From a virus, in IMG/VR virus record IMGVR_UViG_3300025914_000003: a stretch of 64,000 nucleotides of DNA; one strand, 5' to 3'. Shown here in pieces: positions 1 to 8,795 of the stretch (positions within the stretch are counted from its first letter, which is position 1; each line of letters opens with the position of its first letter). The notes beneath the pieces were generated by a model that was not told the DNA's origin, made no database searches, and was given only the letters and a program-made list of their open reading frames with translations. Both the position numbers and the translations under genes were made by a program.

Positions 1-1
1 C

Positions 2-319
2 GGCCCACGCGATCCGAGAAGTGTCCATCCTGGATTACAAGCGGCACGCGATTTAATAGGTCGCTATCCACACAAGGATGTCTGGGATTTAATTATCAGG
101 ATCACAGGAGAAGAGCCAAACCTTGAAAGGATGCGAGAGTGCTGGCTGGCGTGGCGCTCAAAGAACTATTCACCACTTAACTTAGCATGGCTAACAGACT
201 GGTATGTAAACGGTATTCCAGCCACACAGCAGCAACTCCGATCGACCGTCAACTCAGATCGCAGCGCTAAAAACGGGCAAGATGTAGCAGCGGAGTTCCG
301 CAATGAAGTCATCCACTAA
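2..319 (+). CDS. 5'-truncated CDS entering from upstream of the window; hypothetical, Trp-rich C-terminus, at the head of the replication module
   Basis: Frame is open from nt 2 with no stop until 317-319. The tracked ORF 131..319 is only its last Met. Overlaps the next gene by 17 nt. Confidence 0.5.
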   Translation, partial: GPRDPRSVHPGLQAARDLIGRYPHKDVWDLIIRITGEEPNLERMRECWLAWRSKNYSPLNLAWLTDWYVNGIPATQQQLRSTVNSDRSAKNGQDVAAEFRNEVIH

Positions 320-680
320 TAATACTGGAGAAGTGAAAGCACGGATTGTTGAGATGTTGACCGAGCTCTCAGAGTTTTATCGCGGTGAGGTCGAAGCTAA
401 AACCTACCGCGCTTATGCCCCTAAGTTATGCGACATCCCACTTGATGTACTGAAAGAGTCGCTTGATAAGTGTGCGGATGAATTGCGGTTTTTCCCAGTT
501 GTAGCGGAGATCCGTGAACGAGCTGCCACAATTCGCGCTGAAAAAAGAAGAGCCAACAGGGATGATGACTGGGAGAAACTTTCTGCCGCAGAGGTGTGTC
601 CCAAATGCTTTAACACAGGCTCAGAAGTGATCAGCGATGAAGATGGAAACGCTAAAGGAGCGCGCATCTGCTCGCATTGA
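303..680 (+). CDS. putative replicative-helicase loader (SPP1 G39P-like N-terminal domain) with a C-terminal Cys cluster
   Basis: YRAYAPKLCDIPLDVLKESLDKC...FFPVVAEIRE matches my memory of the 'loader and inhibitor of G40P' family. CPKC...CSH lies at the C-terminus. Confidence 0.55.
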   Translation: MKSSTNNTGEVKARIVEMLTELSEFYRGEVEAKTYRAYAPKLCDIPLDVLKESLDKCADELRFFPVVAEIRERAATIRAEKRRANRDDDWEKLSAAEVCPKCFNTGSEVISDEDGNAKGARICSH

Positions 681-682
681 CC

Positions 683-850
683 ATGAGAAGAAAACGGTAC
701 TACATAATCCCGCAGAGATACCCTGACGCTTGGGGTGTACGCAGATTGAGCTTTGCGATCTATTGTGGAAGAACCTTTTTAGCTTATTCCTGGAGTTTGG
801 CTGGCGCGTGGATCGCAATGCAGTTCATTAAGAAGGGGGCAGGGAAATAG
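683..850 (+). CDS. possible 55-aa basic small ORF (below the ORF-track cutoff)
   Basis: ATG 683 to TAG 848-850 fills the gap between the loader and HNH genes. No recognisable motif. Confidence 0.25.
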   Translation: MRRKRYYIIPQRYPDAWGVRRLSFAIYCGRTFLAYSWSLAGAWIAMQFIKKGAGK

Positions 851-891
851 CCTATTGTGCGCCTTTTCAGACTGCGGTATGATTCAGCGCG

Positions 892-1401
892 ATGCTGGTA
901 AATCTAAAGTGCGCAGAGTGTGGGGCGGGGTTCTCTAAGTACCAGAGTCTTCTAAGACCCGATGCTAAAAATTACTATTGCTCAAAAGCTTGTTTAGGAA
1001 AGTCGAAGCGGCACGGATCGGAATTGTTCTGCGCGCTTTGTGACGCGCCATTTTATAGGAGATTTGGTGAGCAGGATAGAGGAACGCGGTTAAATCAGTT
1101 CTGTTCTAGATCCTGCTATACGGAATGGCGACTCCGTAACAGCGATCCAAATGTCTATCGGAAAGAAGGCGCACGGCACGTTCATAGAATCGTGGCAGAG
1201 GCGGTTTTAGGAAGACCGCTCAACTTGTCAGAAGTGGTCCATCATGGCGATGCAAACAAACAAAACAACCAACCAGACAATCTCTACGTCTTCCCTGATC
1301 AGTCGCACCACGCCCGGTGGCACTTTGGCGGAATGTCCGAAGACGAGCTACGAAGATTTTCTCTTATCAAAGGCGATCTCGTACCCCGAGTCCGGCTTTA
1401 A
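892..1401 (+). CDS. HNH endonuclease with N-terminal Cys-rich Zn modules
   Basis: VVHHGDANKQNNQPDNLYVF...HHARWH is a classic HNH motif. Several CxxC/CxxxC pairs lie N-terminally. Confidence 0.85.
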   Translation: MLVNLKCAECGAGFSKYQSLLRPDAKNYYCSKACLGKSKRHGSELFCALCDAPFYRRFGEQDRGTRLNQFCSRSCYTEWRLRNSDPNVYRKEGARHVHRIVAEAVLGRPLNLSEVVHHGDANKQNNQPDNLYVFPDQSHHARWHFGGMSEDELRRFSLIKGDLVPRVRL

Positions 1402-3667
1402 CGTTAATTCGTTCAATCCGAACCTGTTTGATTGGCAGCGCGATACTTGCCAGTGGACGCTCAGGAGGGGAAAGGCTGCTGTTTGGGCCGATTGCGGCCT
1501 TGGAAAAAGTTTGATTCAGCTAGAATGGGCTGAAAAGGTTACAGCAAAACTTAATAAGCCAGTAATAATCCTGGCTCCCTTGGCGGTTTCAAGACAGACC
1601 GAGCGCGAGGGAAAGAAGTTCGGCATAAAAGCCTCTGTCGCTAATTCCGATATGGACATTCGGAAGCACGGGATCTTTGTGACGAACTACGAGAAGCTTG
1701 ACCGCTTTGATCCGTCACGTTTTGGAGGCGTTGTACCTGATGAGAGTTCTATCCTTAAATCGTTCACCGGCGCAACGCGGAATGCGCTGATAGAACGCTT
1801 TAAGGAAACGCCGATGAAGTTGTGCTGCACTGCCACGCCAGCGCCGAATGACTTCATGGAGTTAGGAAATCATTCGGAGTTTCTTGGGGTGCTAACGCGC
1901 ACAGAAATGCTATCCACGTTCTTTGTTCACGATGGCGGTGATACGTCGAAGTGGAGACTCAAGGGGCACGCCGAAGAGGAATACTGGAAGTGGATTTGTC
2001 AATGGGCCGTGATGATTCGGAAGCCATCGGATCTCGGATACTCAGATGATGGGTTTGAGTTACCTCCGCTTACTTATCACTCACATGTGGTTTCATCGAA
2101 TAGACCGCTTGATGGATTTCTCTTTCAGGTAGAAGCACAAACACTCGAGGAAAGAAGATCAGCGCGGCGTGTGAGTTTAGATGAGCGCGTACAAGTCACC
2201 GCAGATATGGTTAATCAAAGTACGGAACCTTGGCTGGTGTGGTGTGACCTCAACGCAGAGGGCGATGCGCTCACAAAAGCAATTCCAGATGCGGTCCAAG
2301 TTGCAGGAGCAGATAGCGATGAGGCGAAGGAATCTCGTATGCTCGGATTTGCCGATGGTCAATTCCGTGTGCTGGTTACAAAGCCATCGATCGCGGGTTA
2401 CGGGATGAACTGGCAGCACTGCCCGAACACGGCCTTTGTTGGGCTGTCTGATAGTTGGGAGAAGTGGTATCAGGCAATTCGGCGCGTATGGCGCTTCGGA
2501 CAAAAGAAACCTGTTCACTGCCACGTAATAACCTCAGAAGCAGAAGGCGCAGTAGTTAAGAACATTCAACGCAAAGAAGCGGATGCCGCACGAATGGCGG
2601 CAGAAATGGTTAAGCACATGAGCGTGTATAACACAGAAGCGATTCACATCAAAAGTATCAGACAACCCGATGAATATAAAACAAAGGAAGAGACCGGCAA
2701 CGGCTGGTCCATGCGTCTGGGCGATTGCGTTGAACGGGCCAAAGAGATACCTGATAACTCTGTTCATTATTCGATATTCAGCCCGCCGTTCATTTCACTC
2801 TACACATATTCAGCGTCTGATCGTGACATGGGGAATGCGCGTTCTGATTCTGAGTTTTACGAGCACTTTAAGTTTCTAATCACGGAGTTACATCGCGTAA
2901 TGATGCCCGGTCGATTGCTATCATTTCACTGTATGGATATCCCCGCGATGAAAGAGCGAGACGGTTACATCGGCATCAAAGATTTTCCGGGCGACCTGAT
3001 CCGCGCATTTGAGGCAGCCGGTTTTATTGAGCATTCGCGTGTGGTTATTTGGAAAGATCCGCTCATTGAGGCCACGCGCACAAAAGCCATCGGATTGATG
3101 CACAAACAGGTAATGAAGGATAGCGCCATGAGTAGGCAGGGCTTGCCCGACTATCTTATAACGATGCGTAAACCAGGCGACAATAAGGATCCAATTTCAC
3201 GGCCGGAAGGCTTTACAGAATTCATTGGAGAGGACGAGCCAAGAGGTAAGAAAGGCAAGCCATCAATAAAGTCTTCGGATCCAGACTTTGATCGCCATGT
3301 AACGACCATGACGCTTGACGATCCGGTTTATTCACATCAAGTATGGAGACGTTATGCCTCACCCGTATGGATGGATATCAACCAAAGTCGGACATTACAG
3401 AGAGAATCGGCGAGGGAAGATAAAGACGAGCGCCACATTTGCCCGCTCCAGCTAGACGTGATTGAGCGGGCCATCGAGCTTTGGACCAACCCGCACGATA
3501 CGGTATTAAGTCCATTCGCGGGCATAGGCAGTGAGGGTTACGTGGCCGTTCAACGCCTCCGTAACTTCATCGGAATCGAGCTAAAAGAATCTTACTTCAA
3601 ACAAGCATGTGCAAATCTTAGAGCCGCAGAGAAAACTCAGGAAGGACTATTCGCCAGTGCAAGCTGA
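1244..3667 (+). CDS. SNF2-family helicase fused to a beta-class DNA methyltransferase (motif IV SPPF, motif I FAGIGSEG)
   Basis: Helicase motif I is CGLGKS and motif II is VPDESSILK, with a helicase C-terminal region VLVTKPSIAGYGMNWQ. Downstream are DNSVHYSIFSPPF and then VLSPFAGIGSEG. The start is uncertain: ATG 1244 overlaps the HNH gene by 158 nt, and in-frame TTG 1325 is an alternative. Confidence 0.9.
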   Translation: MAMQTNKTTNQTISTSSLISRTTPGGTLAECPKTSYEDFLLSKAISYPESGFNVNSFNPNLFDWQRDTCQWTLRRGKAAVWADCGLGKSLIQLEWAEKVTAKLNKPVIILAPLAVSRQTEREGKKFGIKASVANSDMDIRKHGIFVTNYEKLDRFDPSRFGGVVPDESSILKSFTGATRNALIERFKETPMKLCCTATPAPNDFMELGNHSEFLGVLTRTEMLSTFFVHDGGDTSKWRLKGHAEEEYWKWICQWAVMIRKPSDLGYSDDGFELPPLTYHSHVVSSNRPLDGFLFQVEAQTLEERRSARRVSLDERVQVTADMVNQSTEPWLVWCDLNAEGDALTKAIPDAVQVAGADSDEAKESRMLGFADGQFRVLVTKPSIAGYGMNWQHCPNTAFVGLSDSWEKWYQAIRRVWRFGQKKPVHCHVITSEAEGAVVKNIQRKEADAARMAAEMVKHMSVYNTEAIHIKSIRQPDEYKTKEETGNGWSMRLGDCVERAKEIPDNSVHYSIFSPPFISLYTYSASDRDMGNARSDSEFYEHFKFLITELHRVMMPGRLLSFHCMDIPAMKERDGYIGIKDFPGDLIRAFEAAGFIEHSRVVIWKDPLIEATRTKAIGLMHKQVMKDSAMSRQGLPDYLITMRKPGDNKDPISRPEGFTEFIGEDEPRGKKGKPSIKSSDPDFDRHVTTMTLDDPVYSHQVWRRYASPVWMDINQSRTLQRESAREDKDERHICPLQLDVIERAIELWTNPHDTVLSPFAGIGSEGYVAVQRLRNFIGIELKESYFKQACANLRAAEKTQEGLFASAS

Positions 3668-3887
3668 ACACTCTCAGGTCAAATCTCGCTGCATCCTTGG
3701 TGGAGAATTATTCGACTTCAATGAAGATCTAGGAGCAGTAGCAATAGGAAAAGGAGCAGCGTGCACACCTTGTATGGATCGACTTTTCAGCGTTAATACT
3801 GCATTACATCCAAACGGAGAAAGACCGCAGGCACAATCGAAAAAGCGCAAAAAGCATGAAGCATTTAGGCATAAGCGAAAAAGGTAA
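3609..3887 (+). CDS. hypothetical small protein with a Lys/Arg-rich tail
   Basis: The ORF overlaps the end of the methyltransferase gene. A later GTG near 3657 is the more likely start. C-terminus is KKRKKHEAFRHKRKR. Confidence 0.4.
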   Translation: MQILEPQRKLRKDYSPVQAEHSQVKSRCILGGELFDFNEDLGAVAIGKGAACTPCMDRLFSVNTALHPNGERPQAQSKKRKKHEAFRHKRKR

Positions 3888-3902
3888 GAAGGTAAAGAAT
3901 AT

Positions 3903-4178
3903 ATGGCCCAAGAATTCGCACACACATGCAGCGATGGTCATCACGAAATTGGATTTAACGATCCTGACGACGAATTTAGCGAACGCTGTCCGCTCTGCAA
4001 AGAGATCGACAGGCTAGTAGATGGCATTCGCGATCATTTGATTCTGCAATTCGATGTACCAGCAGATAGGATCGATGGCGCTGGATGTGACAGCGGTGAT
4101 CCGCTTGATTTCACTAAAGCTGAGATAACACAGGCTTTCAGTTATCTCGAAGATCAGCAAACCAACACGAACACATGA
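3903..4178 (+). CDS. hypothetical protein (acidic, CxxxxH...CxxC)
   Basis: ATG preceded by aaggtaaagaa. ATGA overlap with the next gene. Confidence 0.55.
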   Translation: MAQEFAHTCSDGHHEIGFNDPDDEFSERCPLCKEIDRLVDGIRDHLILQFDVPADRIDGAGCDSGDPLDFTKAEITQAFSYLEDQQTNTNT

Positions 4179-4573
4179 GTTTCGCTAAGACCTACCCCGA
4201 AGGTCGAGAAAAGTTTAAGCCGCTAATCCGCTCAAAGATGAAGCGTGGCACGAAGCAGATGAAACGCTCACACATGAAACCGTATCGTCCGAATTCTAAA
4301 GACGCAGCATGGAGTAAGACAGTTCTTGAGCGAGACGGAAATCGTTGTCAATGGCCAGGGGGTTGTCAGACTGGAGATCCACGGATCGATCCACACCACA
4401 AAGCAGAGCGAAGTCAAAGACCGGACCTTAAGTATGATGTCTCAATAGGGATTGCGCTCTGCCGTACACATCATGACTGGATACCTCTGCATCGATCAGA
4501 AGCGGTTAAAATGGGATTGTTGCTAGAAGAGACTTATGAGATCGCACAGAAGAGGAAGAGAGAAATAGCGTGA
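4175..4573 (+). CDS. HNH-family nuclease (second copy in the module)
   Basis: RDGNRCQWPGGC...IDPHHKAERSQ...ALCRTHHDWIPLH has the C..C / HH / C..HH arrangement of HNH nucleases. Confidence 0.7.
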   Translation: MSFAKTYPEGREKFKPLIRSKMKRGTKQMKRSHMKPYRPNSKDAAWSKTVLERDGNRCQWPGGCQTGDPRIDPHHKAERSQRPDLKYDVSIGIALCRTHHDWIPLHRSEAVKMGLLLEETYEIAQKRKREIA

Positions 4574-4749
4574 GAGTGGTATTACCATGCGGTGCCGAAG
4601 CAAATGTTTCGGGGAATGTCTCTCCTGAGACGTTGAAAGCGCTTAACGAAATGATGATCGCGGTTTCTAAGATGTACGTAGAAGAGATCGCAAAAGAAGT
4701 TCTAAAAGAGATTGATTGTGGGAGTGCGGAGCCTGAGGCCGACCGTTAA
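4570..4749 (+). CDS. possible 59-aa ORF (GTG start)
   Basis: GTGA overlap with the preceding stop. Followed by the 8-bp inverted repeat GCCGACCG/CGGTCGGC. Confidence 0.4.
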   Translation: MRVVLPCGAEANVSGNVSPETLKALNEMMIAVSKMYVEEIAKEVLKEIDCGSAEPEADR

Positions 4750-4781
4750 CCTTTCGCTAGAGGGGCGGTCGGCAAAGGGCT

Positions 4782-5261
4782 TTGGAACATAGGATGAAAG
4801 AGAGAACTGATATGACACACCTTATGAGAGCGGCGGGAATGGTTGCGCCGAGCATTATTAATCCATTACAACCGTCAGGCGACGGCTGGACATTGGTCGC
4901 AACGCCGCAAATGCCCGTACAGCCCAACGCCGTGGAGGTATGGAAGTATAAAGAAAGGTTCGCGGTGATCAGTTCGGTTGAAATGGCCGAAGCTGAAGGC
5001 GTCGATTCTCCGTTAGAACTTCATTACCACGTCAGCATAAGCGCCGCAGGGCGAAAGCGCGTTGACAGCAATGACGCAGCATGGATTTTGTCGAGATTTG
5101 GGATGGACGGCGCGGAAGAGGATAACCATGTACCGCACGGTTTTGTTAGAAATTTCTGGAGACCAGTTAACGAGAACCGCATCGGCATAGAATGCGCCTG
5201 CAAAGATAGCGAACCGGCCATCCGCGAAGATAAAGGAGACTTCGTTTGGAGACCAGTGTAA
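4782..5261 (+). CDS. hypothetical protein
   Basis: 159-aa ORF that directly abuts the RusA start at 5262. Internal Met starts (MKERTD, MTHL) are possible. Confidence 0.6.
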   Translation: MEHRMKERTDMTHLMRAAGMVAPSIINPLQPSGDGWTLVATPQMPVQPNAVEVWKYKERFAVISSVEMAEAEGVDSPLELHYHVSISAAGRKRVDSNDAAWILSRFGMDGAEEDNHVPHGFVRNFWRPVNENRIGIECACKDSEPAIREDKGDFVWRPV

Positions 5262-5900
5262 ATGAGCCATCGATATGACGAGCAATGGCTCGCTAACTAC
5301 AAAGCAAAAAGAGAAGCACCGCTAAATGGTACGTCTTTAGCGCAGAATGCCTCTCCAGCGCTTCGGGTTGGAAAGTCCTTCCGATTCATTGTCTATGGCG
5401 TTGCGCAGCCCGCAGGCTCAAAGCAAGCGTTCGTGCCACTACATCCTAAGACCAAAGAGCCCTACAGAAATAAGAACGGCGGGATTGTTGTCTCAACGGT
5501 TGATGATAATCCAAAGAGCAAAGGCTGGAAAAAGCATGTTGCAAAAGTAGCTCGTGAAGAATACGGCGGACCTGTTTTCACCGGGCCGATCAAAGTGACA
5601 ATGCTTTTCTATCGTGGGCGCCCGAAGTCACACTTTACTTCTTCGGGATTATTAAGCAAGTTAGGCAGAGAAACCCCTTATCCAATAACCAAACCTGACG
5701 CTACAAAGCTTTTACGAGGCACAGAAGATGCTCTAAAAGGAATCTGTTGGGTCGATGATGCACAAGTAGTAAAGCCATGTCCTGAGAAGCTTTATGGCTC
5801 GCCACCTCGAGTCGAAATCACAGTTGAAGAAATCCTGGTTGAAGATCCTGACGTTCAGCCCGCTTTATTTGTTGAGGAGGCTAAAGCACCGTGGGAGTAG
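5262..5900 (+). CDS. rusA: RusA-family Holliday junction resolvase with an N-terminal extension of about 45 aa
   Basis: FRFIVYGVAQPAGSKQAF ... KPDATKLLRGTEDALKGICWVDDAQV matches the RusA catalytic Asp motifs. Confidence 0.85.
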   Translation: MSHRYDEQWLANYKAKREAPLNGTSLAQNASPALRVGKSFRFIVYGVAQPAGSKQAFVPLHPKTKEPYRNKNGGIVVSTVDDNPKSKGWKKHVAKVAREEYGGPVFTGPIKVTMLFYRGRPKSHFTSSGLLSKLGRETPYPITKPDATKLLRGTEDALKGICWVDDAQVVKPCPEKLYGSPPRVEITVEEILVEDPDVQPALFVEEAKAPWE

Positions 5901-5956
5901 CTATCGAAATTATTCCTGATAAAGAACACGCGCACTTGATCGAAGTGTAGGAAGAG

Positions 5957-6259
5957 TTGCCGACAAAGGCGCCTAACCCGAATCTAGCACAGCCTTATTG
6001 CTGTTATGCCGATACGGTTATCTTTTACTTTCGACCTTACGTGATCCGTCCTTGGCATCACTTCTGGATTTGCAATGGAAAACGCAGAGCAGAAAAACCG
6101 GGAACCACCTACGAGGAATACGATCGCGTGGAAACCTCACTGCACATTGACGACGTAATCACACACAACGGGGAACGATTCAGGATCTATAATGGACGAG
6201 TAATCTGGAGGTATAAACGCTGGTGGATGAAGAGAGAGGCACGGAGGGAAAAGATATGA
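5957..6259 (+). CDS. hypothetical protein (TTG start, Trp/Arg-rich)
   Basis: 100-aa ORF in operon context. No recognisable motif. Confidence 0.5.
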   Translation: MPTKAPNPNLAQPYCCYADTVIFYFRPYVIRPWHHFWICNGKRRAEKPGTTYEEYDRVETSLHIDDVITHNGERFRIYNGRVIWRYKRWWMKREARREKI

Positions 6260-6540
6260 AAGCCGTCAGTTATTACTGCCCTGAGCATGAATACAATCCG
6301 CCTGAGAATTCAGGCTTTGCGCTTTGTCCGCAGTGCGAGATTGCGGCACCTGTCTCGCCGGAGTTGAGAGACTGTGATTGTGGAAGGCGTGTTGACCCGG
6401 ATCGCGGATGTGTGGGCTGTAATCAACATCCTTTGGATTGCGGTTGCCTGCCCGTAGGTTACGGTGAATTCACAGCAAAACTGGATGAAATAGATCGATC
6501 TGAGAAGGATTTGAACAAGTTGCTTTCGAGATCACACTAA
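6256..6540 (+). CDS. hypothetical Cys-rich protein
   Basis: ATG 6256 lies behind GGAGGG and forms an ATGA overlap with the previous stop. The tracked 6223 start is probably too early. Contains CPQC, CDCG and CVGC. Confidence 0.6.
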   Translation: MKAVSYYCPEHEYNPPENSGFALCPQCEIAAPVSPELRDCDCGRRVDPDRGCVGCNQHPLDCGCLPVGYGEFTAKLDEIDRSEKDLNKLLSRSH

Positions 6541-6561
6541 TGGATCAGGAGGGCAACAAAC

Positions 6562-6759
6562 ATGCTGACACTGACACAAGAAATCAAACGGCTGGAAGGG
6601 TTACTGAATGGTGAAACCATCGAAGGGTTAAAACTAAATGATCCGGGATTGAACTATCAATGGGTGATTCAAAGGATAGCGAACCTCCGGCAGATGAAGA
6701 GGACTGCTGAACAAACTGCCTCGAATATCACATTAGAGAGTGGAGGCAGAGAAAAATGA
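6562..6759 (+). CDS. hypothetical protein
   Basis: 65-aa ORF behind caggaggg. ATGA overlap with the next gene. Confidence 0.55.
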   Translation: MLTLTQEIKRLEGLLNGETIEGLKLNDPGLNYQWVIQRIANLRQMKRTAEQTASNITLESGGREK

Positions 6760-7103
6760 CAAACACATACTTTCACTTACACGACGGTGACAGAGTAGAA
6801 CTTAAACACGAATTTGATCGTGGTAGATTTCAAGCCGGTCACAGAGGCACGGTGCTACGGGTGAGCGACTGGTTAGGCAAGAACAACGTGAAAGTCTCCG
6901 TGTTGTTCGATGGTGACAATGCGGCTTATGAATTCAGTCCACAGACAGGCGGCGTACTCCGTCGCCTTGTCTCGCTCTCAGATCCGCTTGATGCGTTCAT
7001 TGAGGAATTGCTCGATATTGCGCGGGAGAATCCGATTGATGATGCCCGAATAATCATTCGTGACCGATTATTGAAGGACGCGAAAGGCGTGCTTTACGCA
7101 TGA
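6756..7103 (+). CDS. hypothetical protein
   Basis: 115-aa ORF, translationally coupled at both ends. Confidence 0.65.
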   Translation: MTNTYFHLHDGDRVELKHEFDRGRFQAGHRGTVLRVSDWLGKNNVKVSVLFDGDNAAYEFSPQTGGVLRRLVSLSDPLDAFIEELLDIARENPIDDARIIIRDRLLKDAKGVLYA

Positions 7104-7303
7104 GCAGAAAAGATAAAGGAACAGGTAGGCCAAACATCCAGCGAGGCCGCGATCTACCTAAGGGAATCTCTTACCAGTGCTCTATAGGAAGATGCCAAGA
7201 TTGCGCTGCTTTACGCTGTCAGCATGATTGTGGACACGGAATAGAGCCTGCCCGTAACGTTTTAACCTCTAAAGTCATACAAAGCAGGGAAGGGGCGAAC
7301 TGA
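7100..7303 (+). CDS. hypothetical Cys/His-rich basic protein
   Basis: 67-aa ORF with an ATGA overlap. Contains CSIGRCQDCAALRCQHDCGH. Confidence 0.5.
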   Translation: MSRKDKGTGRPNIQRGRDLPKGISYQCSIGRCQDCAALRCQHDCGHGIEPARNVLTSKVIQSREGAN

Positions 7304-7424
7304 TACGCAATAACCCATCCAGACCGTACCGCTGTGGCGTATCGCTATAAAGGCAGTGCGCAAGGAAATACCAGCCAAGCAGTTCAGCCCTTTTCTCCCT
7401 ACCTAAATAATTCTCAGAAGACTA

Positions 7425-7454
7425 TAGACAGCGTTAACACGTTATGCTTATAAT
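7425..7454 (+). promoter_or_regulatory. candidate sigma70-type promoter (TAGACA-N18-TATAAT)
   Basis: -35 at 7425-7430 and a perfect -10 at 7449-7454. The predicted TSS near 7461-7462 coincides with in-frame ATG 7462 of the XRE gene. Confidence 0.35.
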
Positions 7455-7692
7455 GCGTGACATGCGTATGACAAAGACCAGACCCTGTGAGCGCTGTGGC
7501 GGCTCCGGCGAACTTGAGAACGCGGCTTATCGCGGACAGGAAATGCGGCAACTAAGAGAGGCGGCGGGGATGTCTCTGCGAAGGGTTGCGGAGTTAATGG
7601 AATTCAGCGCGGCCTACGTCTCGGATCTGGAATTAGGTAGACGTGAATGGAGTCCCAAACTGATACAGGCTTACAAGAAGGCGTTGCGATAA
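7444..7692 (+). CDS. XRE-family HTH regulator with an N-terminal CxxC knuckle
   Basis: MRQLREAAGMSLRRVAELMEFSAAYVSDLELGRREWS is a typical HTH_3/XRE motif. In-frame ATGs lie at 7444, 7453, 7462 and 7468, and none has an SD. Confidence 0.8.
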   Translation: MLIMRDMRMTKTRPCERCGGSGELENAAYRGQEMRQLREAAGMSLRRVAELMEFSAAYVSDLELGRREWSPKLIQAYKKALR

Positions 7693-7749
7693 TGCGCGCA
7701 AACAGAACTCCACTTCCTAAACCTAAAGATCGTCCTAAAGGATAAGGGG

Positions 7750-8100
7750 ATGAACGACAACGACAAGATAGTTGTAATCGCCGCACGGTTCATTGCAGCC
7801 GAAGCTAATCTTGAAAACGCCAAAGAACAACCATTAGAAGATCGACTGCGTTCAGCGATGAAGGCAGGGCGCAACTTCTGGATGTCAACTAATGAAGACA
7901 TACGCTTTCGCGGTTCGGTTGGTGCGGTATTACTTCACTGTTCAGATAAAGAACGTGAGCGCCTTTCCGAAGAGTTAGACGTACTAAAGAATTTTAGTGC
8001 CCTGCTTAGCGGGGTTGCGGTTGACATGACGCAAATTAAGAAGCCCGACAATCCGATTGGCCTGATGAAAATGTGGCGCGACGTAAGAGCAACCAAATGA
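7750..8100 (+). CDS. hypothetical protein
   Basis: 116-aa ORF behind aaggataagggg. Confidence 0.6.
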   Translation: MNDNDKIVVIAARFIAAEANLENAKEQPLEDRLRSAMKAGRNFWMSTNEDIRFRGSVGAVLLHCSDKERERLSEELDVLKNFSALLSGVAVDMTQIKKPDNPIGLMKMWRDVRATK

Positions 8101-8125
8101 TCCACACTGAAGCAGAGGGGGAAGG

Positions 8126-8326
8126 ATGAGCGACACGTTACAAACAGAGACACTGGACAAGCTCTACCTTGAATGGTCGCAGTTTACGAAAGCACGGAAT
8201 AAACGCGAGCTGGCATTGGTCGAGCAGTTGGGATTCGCTGTAGCGCGTGGCGCTAATTGGACGCTGGAAGATTGGCAGAACTGGCGTACGTATCATGCTG
8301 AATCTGCTTTGGAGGTCCATAAATGA
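8126..8326 (+). CDS. hypothetical protein
   Basis: 66-aa ORF behind agggggaagg. Confidence 0.55.
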   Translation: MSDTLQTETLDKLYLEWSQFTKARNKRELALVEQLGFAVARGANWTLEDWQNWRTYHAESALEVHK

Positions 8327-8469
8327 CCATGCATCCAAAACCTGATACAGCAACAGGTCAACGGCCTCTATGTGAAATCTGCAAGGAGCCAGTTGAAGAT
8401 GAAACATGGATCGACGATGAAGAGTATGGCGATGTACATGAGCGGTGTCTTGATGAGGTTCGACCATGA
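8323..8469 (+). CDS. possible 48-aa Zn-ribbon-like ORF
   Basis: ATGA overlaps at both ends bridge the neighbouring genes. Contains CEIC...HERC. Confidence 0.45.
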   Translation: MTMHPKPDTATGQRPLCEICKEPVEDETWIDDEEYGDVHERCLDEVRP

Positions 8470-8795
8470 CTGATACAGCAGCAACAGAGAAGCGGGAACT
8501 GGAGTTGAGAGAGAGAATAAAGGCCGTGCGCAACGCCCATCGGCCCAGTCGCAACCAAGATTATGAGTACGGCTTTTATGACGCGCTCGATCAGGTATAC
8601 GCCGCTCTGCAACCAAAGGCTGAACAGGAGCGGGAGACGGGTGGTGAGGCGGTGACTGCGGGGGCGCACCCCGCACTGGAAGCGGAAAGAGATGCGCTGT
8701 TGGACACGTTGAGGTCGATTCAGAATTGTAAGACCGATGGCAAGTGCGCTCAGTGTGGCGTATTGATCTATCACGCCCTGAAAGGAAGCAAATGA
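8466..8795 (+). CDS. hypothetical protein
   Basis: 109-aa ORF in the coupled gene chain. Confidence 0.6.
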   Translation: MTDTAATEKRELELRERIKAVRNAHRPSRNQDYEYGFYDALDQVYAALQPKAEQERETGGEAVTAGAHPALEAERDALLDTLRSIQNCKTDGKCAQCGVLIYHALKGSK

